Positions 59,301 through 64,000 of a stretch of 64,000 nucleotides of DNA are shown here, one piece after another. The translations under genes were made by a program, and so were the position numbers. Positions within the stretch are counted from its first letter, which is position 1. Each line of letters begins with the position of its first letter. This DNA is from a virus. The notes beneath the pieces were generated by a model. That model did not search any database, was not told the DNA's origin, and saw only the letters and a list, made by a program, of their open reading frames with translations. The stretch is taken from IMG/VR virus record IMGVR_UViG_3300045125_000039, positions 4,475 through 68,474 of that record. The stretch is one strand, 5' to 3'.

Positions 59301-61240
59301 TTGTTGTTGTAGCACATGCTGGAATATTACAGACACAACAACCATTACTGGAACATAGTGGTTCAGAATTGGCACACACTGCTACTGGATTAGCACCACA
59401 CCATGTGCAGTTAAATGATCCACAACAAGCAGGATCATAACCAGCGTATATTCCCTGACCTGCTATGCATTGTTTGTAAGAGGTTATACTTGTTGGTGGT
59501 GTTCTTGTACATGGATTTGTACAGCAGTTACTATCTCTACAAATTTGAGTTGCAGAATTTAGAGCGTTTATACAATTTTCATATTGTGCTTTTGTTGAAG
59601 TTGTACAAACAGAATCATTGCATACACAACAATCTGTTCCAGGACTTGAAGGGTTCTTACATCTTACATCTGTGTTTAAACATATATTTGGTTGAGTACC
59701 ACAGTATTCACACTTGAATGTTCCGCAGCATGTACTGTCAGTTACTGTACTGAATTTACCTGTCTTTGCTAAACAAGCATCATAGTCTGCTACTGTCTTG
59801 ATTTCTGACTGTGCTTCTTTTCCACCAGTTGTTAAACATGGATTTGTACAGCAGCCATTTGTTGTGCATTCTGTATGTGTTAAACAATTCTGATATTCTG
59901 TTATTGTATCTGATGCACATTGTGGGTCAGCACATGCACAGCATCCACCTTGAGGAATACTTGTATCACTAAATCCTTTTCTACAATTTGGATTTGGACT
60001 ATTGCATGGATCTGAACCACAATCTCTTAAACAATCTTTTATACAACACCCAAACTGCATGCATATTGAATCCTCTTCACATAACCAATAATCATAAGTA
60101 TTAACACATAATGGTTCTAAAGTTGCACAACTATCTACACAACATTCCTGACAAGGACATGATATAATGCAATTTTCATATTCTTGTTTAGTATTTGTAA
60201 AACATTCTGTTCTTACTTGGCCGTCTGCCTTAACACATGGACTTTGACCACATGAACATCCAGTTATATCTGGGTCACAGATACCACCAGATGCATAATC
60301 TCCCAATCTATTCTCGCAATTAAAATATTTTGTACAATAATCTGGATCGGTTGGATTTATTAGACAAGTTCCCGGACATGCTATAGCACAAACCAAGACC
60401 CCAATCTTCCCAAAATTTACAATTTGGAGAATTTTGTGTTTCTGAAAAATTTAAATCACTACAATAAACTGGTTCATTATTTGCATCCATGTATGCTATT
60501 GTTGTTTGACAGGAACAACCCAAATCATCACCTATTGAACCCAATCCACATGGTTTATAGTTTCCAAGAGAACCACATAAACTGCCACAAGAATTGGAAA
60601 CACAGAAATAAGAATCCGATCCCGGTTGTAAATTTATTGGTTTATTTATTCTAGAATAACAAAGTCTTTTTAAATCTCTATCTGTTATATCTTCGCAATT
60701 TTCTAAATTATCACAACCATAATCTGCTGCATCATCATAAAGTGCAGAGGAATCTGAAAATATACTATTACATGTAATTGCTTCTATGTAAAGTGTATCA
60801 TAAACTGCACCATATGTCTCACCAGCATCACTATAACCTTCTGCACAACCTGTATCTGCTGGAAAAAGTTTAGAGTGAATACCATCAGCTTAGTGGTTTG
60901 TAGCATCTTACTTCGCTAACTGCATGGCCAATTTGTTTTTTTCTCCGAAGCAGGATAAAAGGTTTGTTGATTTGTACCTATATACCAAAATTGTTTACAT
61001 TTACAACAAGCATTTGGTGAAGTTGCGTGACAGTCTCCCCCTTCCTACACCATTAGCACAACAATTTTCTTTCATTATTATTTAATGAATTTGGTTTGCA
61101 ATAATGTCTTCAACAGGGTTTGTTGTTCCAACAGCATGGTGACTCTCCTACAATTACAGTTACCATCAGAACAAGGTTTTATACATGAGTCAGGTGTACA
61201 ATCTGGACACGGATTTGGTGTGCAAATGAACTATATCTAA
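56392..61240 (-). CDS. Cysteine-rich repeat region of a giant protein (about 1600 aa; start not resolved), multiply frameshifted
   Basis: Fragments 59191-60396 (about 64 Cys in 401 aa by my count), 57944-58543 and 56773-57849 among others join into a continuous Cys-repeat reading that ends ...VCRVYCCCKQAT* at 56392. Confidence 0.75.
57950..59960 (-). repeat. About seven copies of a roughly 100-aa Cys-rich unit
   Basis: Unit CC.C....C...TK..YENC......C....CC.NPC......Y..C......CCG.F.C..CG..P..C; examples CCVCNDSVCTTSTKAQYENC, CCVCNIPACATTTKAQYENC, CCICSKSECATSTKAEYENC, CCPCNDSACASTTVTQYQNC. Confidence 0.85.
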
Positions 61241-64000
61241 CAGAATCTAATTGTTTTATTGTATCTTCTACTATTTCTCTTTTTACATCAGAAATATTTT
61301 GAATTAAATTTGGATTATTTAGATCAAGATTTGGTGCTGCTTGTCCTGTCATAAATGATGACAACATATTGATAGATTTATTATCAAGTTGCTGTTCATT
61401 AGCATTTTGAGTTGGTTGATTATCTATAAAATCGTTTAAATTAATTCTATTAATTTCTGGGTTTGTCATTTTATCCCGCACTTGTTGTATATTCTGGCGG
61501 TGTAGATATATTTCTCTTTATCCAAACTCCCCTCTTGATTGTGATGTGATATCTATGACTATAGTTTGTGGTATATCAGTATCAGTTCCAACTCTTGTTA
61601 ATTTTACTTTACCTGTTTGATAGAATTTTTCTGGTGGTATAGTAATTCTCCAAATGTATATATCAGTACCTTCAAGTTTACCTCATGATTAAATATTTTG
61701 TAAATACATCTGGGAATGTAATTCTATCAACAACTGTGGTTATATCACCTGTTGAATTTGAACAAGGAATTGTTAATCTATTATCACTTAATACTCTCCT
61801 CATCTAAAATTTGCTGCATTTTTAAAGTGCTTCCTGCAAATAGATTTAAATGTCTTGGTGCGTGTAGTAAGTGTGATATATTTGTTCAAACCAATGTGCA
61901 TAATATGAAATTTCATTATTATCATACACCAAACCACCTAATTCTCTTGTTGGCTATGGTTGCAAATGGCTGATTTATAATAATTAATATCTGATCTTAA
62001 AGTGTGCTCATTTCTTTAAGTTCATCTACAATAATTTTATGTGATAACTCTTGCTTCCACTTTGAAATAAAGAGTATCATCTTACTTTCCCAATAATAAC
62101 CTTTGATTGTTAATGGACTTGTGACATTGGCCAAAGGAATACGAAACTACCCAATTATTGCACCACTACCACCCACAATTTCCAAAACTTTAGATGTTGG
62201 ATCTTTTGTTCATCCTGATGGTGCATGTAATTGCATCTTTGGTATTATTGTTCCCGATATCAATTGAGTAACTGCCATATTTTTGCCCGAGTATTGTTGC
62301 TTTAAATTCTGCTGTTCTCATTGGATCTGAAACTGGATATCTCTGAATACCACTTTCTCCTGATTCACCACCATATGGAGATAGAACATGTGGAATCCAC
62401 TCTATATTTTTCTAAATCATTTTTGGAGGTTAGAGCATAACCAGATCTTATTAAAGTATATGTTTCTATACCAATATTCTATTGGCATTTTAATAATATT
62501 TGAACAATTACCATCTGGAGAATAAAATGGAGTATCTGCTGCATAAGTTTGGTTCATCATAATTTGAAACTGGATATGAAGGTCTACCACACCCCATATC
62601 GTAAGTATATAGGCCATATTATATTTTTTAATCCACTTACACTGCATTGTATAAATTAACTCTCTGTCATAGTTCTATCGTTATGTACATTAGGAACATA
62701 TTTCATTGCATCGTTAGAATCTTGCTAGAGTCAATGCTTCTTCTGCTGAAACAGGTTCTACTTCATAATGAATATATCTTACACATTGTTAAATTCTGGG
62801 AATTTATCTAATGCTTCAACGAACTGTTTATTAATATAAACATTGAAATACTGATGTCACCTGCCCACCGCATTCCAAGCAGCAATAACATCTGTTGCCC
62901 AAAAGAATAAGCACTAAGTCCTGCACCGATCGCCCAATCCGGTTGGCCCGAATTTGAGTCTTAATCTTCCTGCTGTTTTTCTTGGTATCAGCGAAACATG
63001 AATCTGGAGAACCTGTTTGACTGTTTCCAGTTGATGGTGCACAACCATAATGTGTCCAATATGTTGAAGGATATTTGCCAACAGGTGGGTGCAGTTTCTC
63101 CGGGTTTTACAGCTGCGTTTATATATGGTTCTAGTAAATAATACCAATCAGATGTAACCTAAATTTCTACCAGTTAGATCATTGAATCTAGAAACAAATT
63201 CTTCTGCAAATGTTTTATTGGTTACTGGGCTTTTAGTGTTGTAAATCTTGAGTCTGCAGTTATTGCTTTAAATATTCTAGAGTCCTGTAGTCTTCTAGTT
63301 CCATCTCTATTTGGGAAATATCTTCCTGCACTTTCTAAATGCCATATGTATTGTGATTCTTTATCATCCAATAAATAATCAAATTTTAATCCTTCATCTT
63401 TACACCTTTGTAAGAATGCAGTTACAGATGATTGACCATCTTCTGCATTTTTATTGAACCAAAGTGTTGGGAATCTTTTTCCATCATATACTGTTCCATC
63501 TGTCGTATTTGCATAATAATCAACTGTAACATCTTCAAATACTTATCTCTCCACCAAGGAAATAAACCAATCTTCTACCTTCTGGTATTGCATTTAACCA
63601 AGATTTAAATGTGCCAATCGAATCCTTTACTCCTGTCAAGGAGTAATGGATCTCTTTGACCATTGCTTCCATTAAATCTTACATTTACTAGAGGAACTAT
63701 TGCTTTTGTATTGCATAATTTGCAGGATTACCATGAAGAAATTCATTACCCCACCAATGCATAATCTGCAACATTTATTGGAGTAGAAAATTTTAATTCT
63801 GCCAGTAACTTCCCTGAACTAGAAGAACCAGAAGTAACAGTTTTATAAACATAAGTTTTGAAGCAGACAATGTTGGATCTATATCATAATATGTTGATAT
63901 ATCATTTTCTATTATTTTGTTGCTATCTTTTTGGAATGAAGAACTAGTTTCTGTTGTTTTTCCTATAAATTTCTAAACTATAATCCAGGAGTACAATAGA
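61240..64000 (-). CDS. Unrecognised coding sequence, heavily frameshifted; probably the non-Cys N-terminal part of the giant protein and/or upstream genes
   Basis: Protein-like fragments (61179-61481, 62417-62647, 62914-63147) on the minus strand run directly into the Cys repeats near 61240; no family recognised. Confidence 0.4.

Noticed and set aside
56392-61240. Selenocysteine/TGA-as-Cys recoding within the Cys repeats
   Set aside because: Conserved Cys positions are TGT/TGC where I could read them. The stops in the fragments coincide with frame changes, not with Cys columns.

Overview
A 64 kb slice of a large T4-like (Tevenvirinae/Kyanoviridae-style gene order) myovirus genome, with almost everything encoded on the minus strand. 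In the direction of transcription (right to left) it carries the head/tail/packaging module (gp16, gp17, gp18, gp19, gp20, gp67-like, gp21, gp22, gp23, gp3), recombination and late transcription genes (uvsY, uvsW, gp55, gp47, gp46, rnh), the replisome (gp45, gp44, gp62, regA, gp43, uvsX, gp41, gp61), nucleotide metabolism genes (dut, thyX, class II nrdJ) and a few secreted or lysis-type genes at the left end. Nearly every gene, including essential ones, is broken by several single-base indels. I read these as uncorrected long-read errors, so most genes were reassembled by eye across frames and their boundaries are approximate. Three large insertions interrupt the conserved synteny. (1) About 15.1-22.8 kb: a tail-fibre/glycine-rich adhesin cassette between regA and the DNA polymerase operon. 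(2) About 39.3-49.8 kb: between portal gp20 and the prohead core genes, encoding roughly 1300 aa and 2000 aa cysteine-rich proteins. (3) About 56.4-64 kb: upstream of gp16, encoding about 1600 aa of near-continuous Cys-rich repeats (about 16% Cys). Islands 2 and 3 share a repeat motif and a terminal YCCC motif. Island 2 begins with an adaptor-like gene paralogous to the one heading the tail-fibre cassette. My best candidate for an undescribed system is therefore a giant disulfide- or metal-crosslinked virion appendage or coat. That function is inference and is not shown by the sequence.
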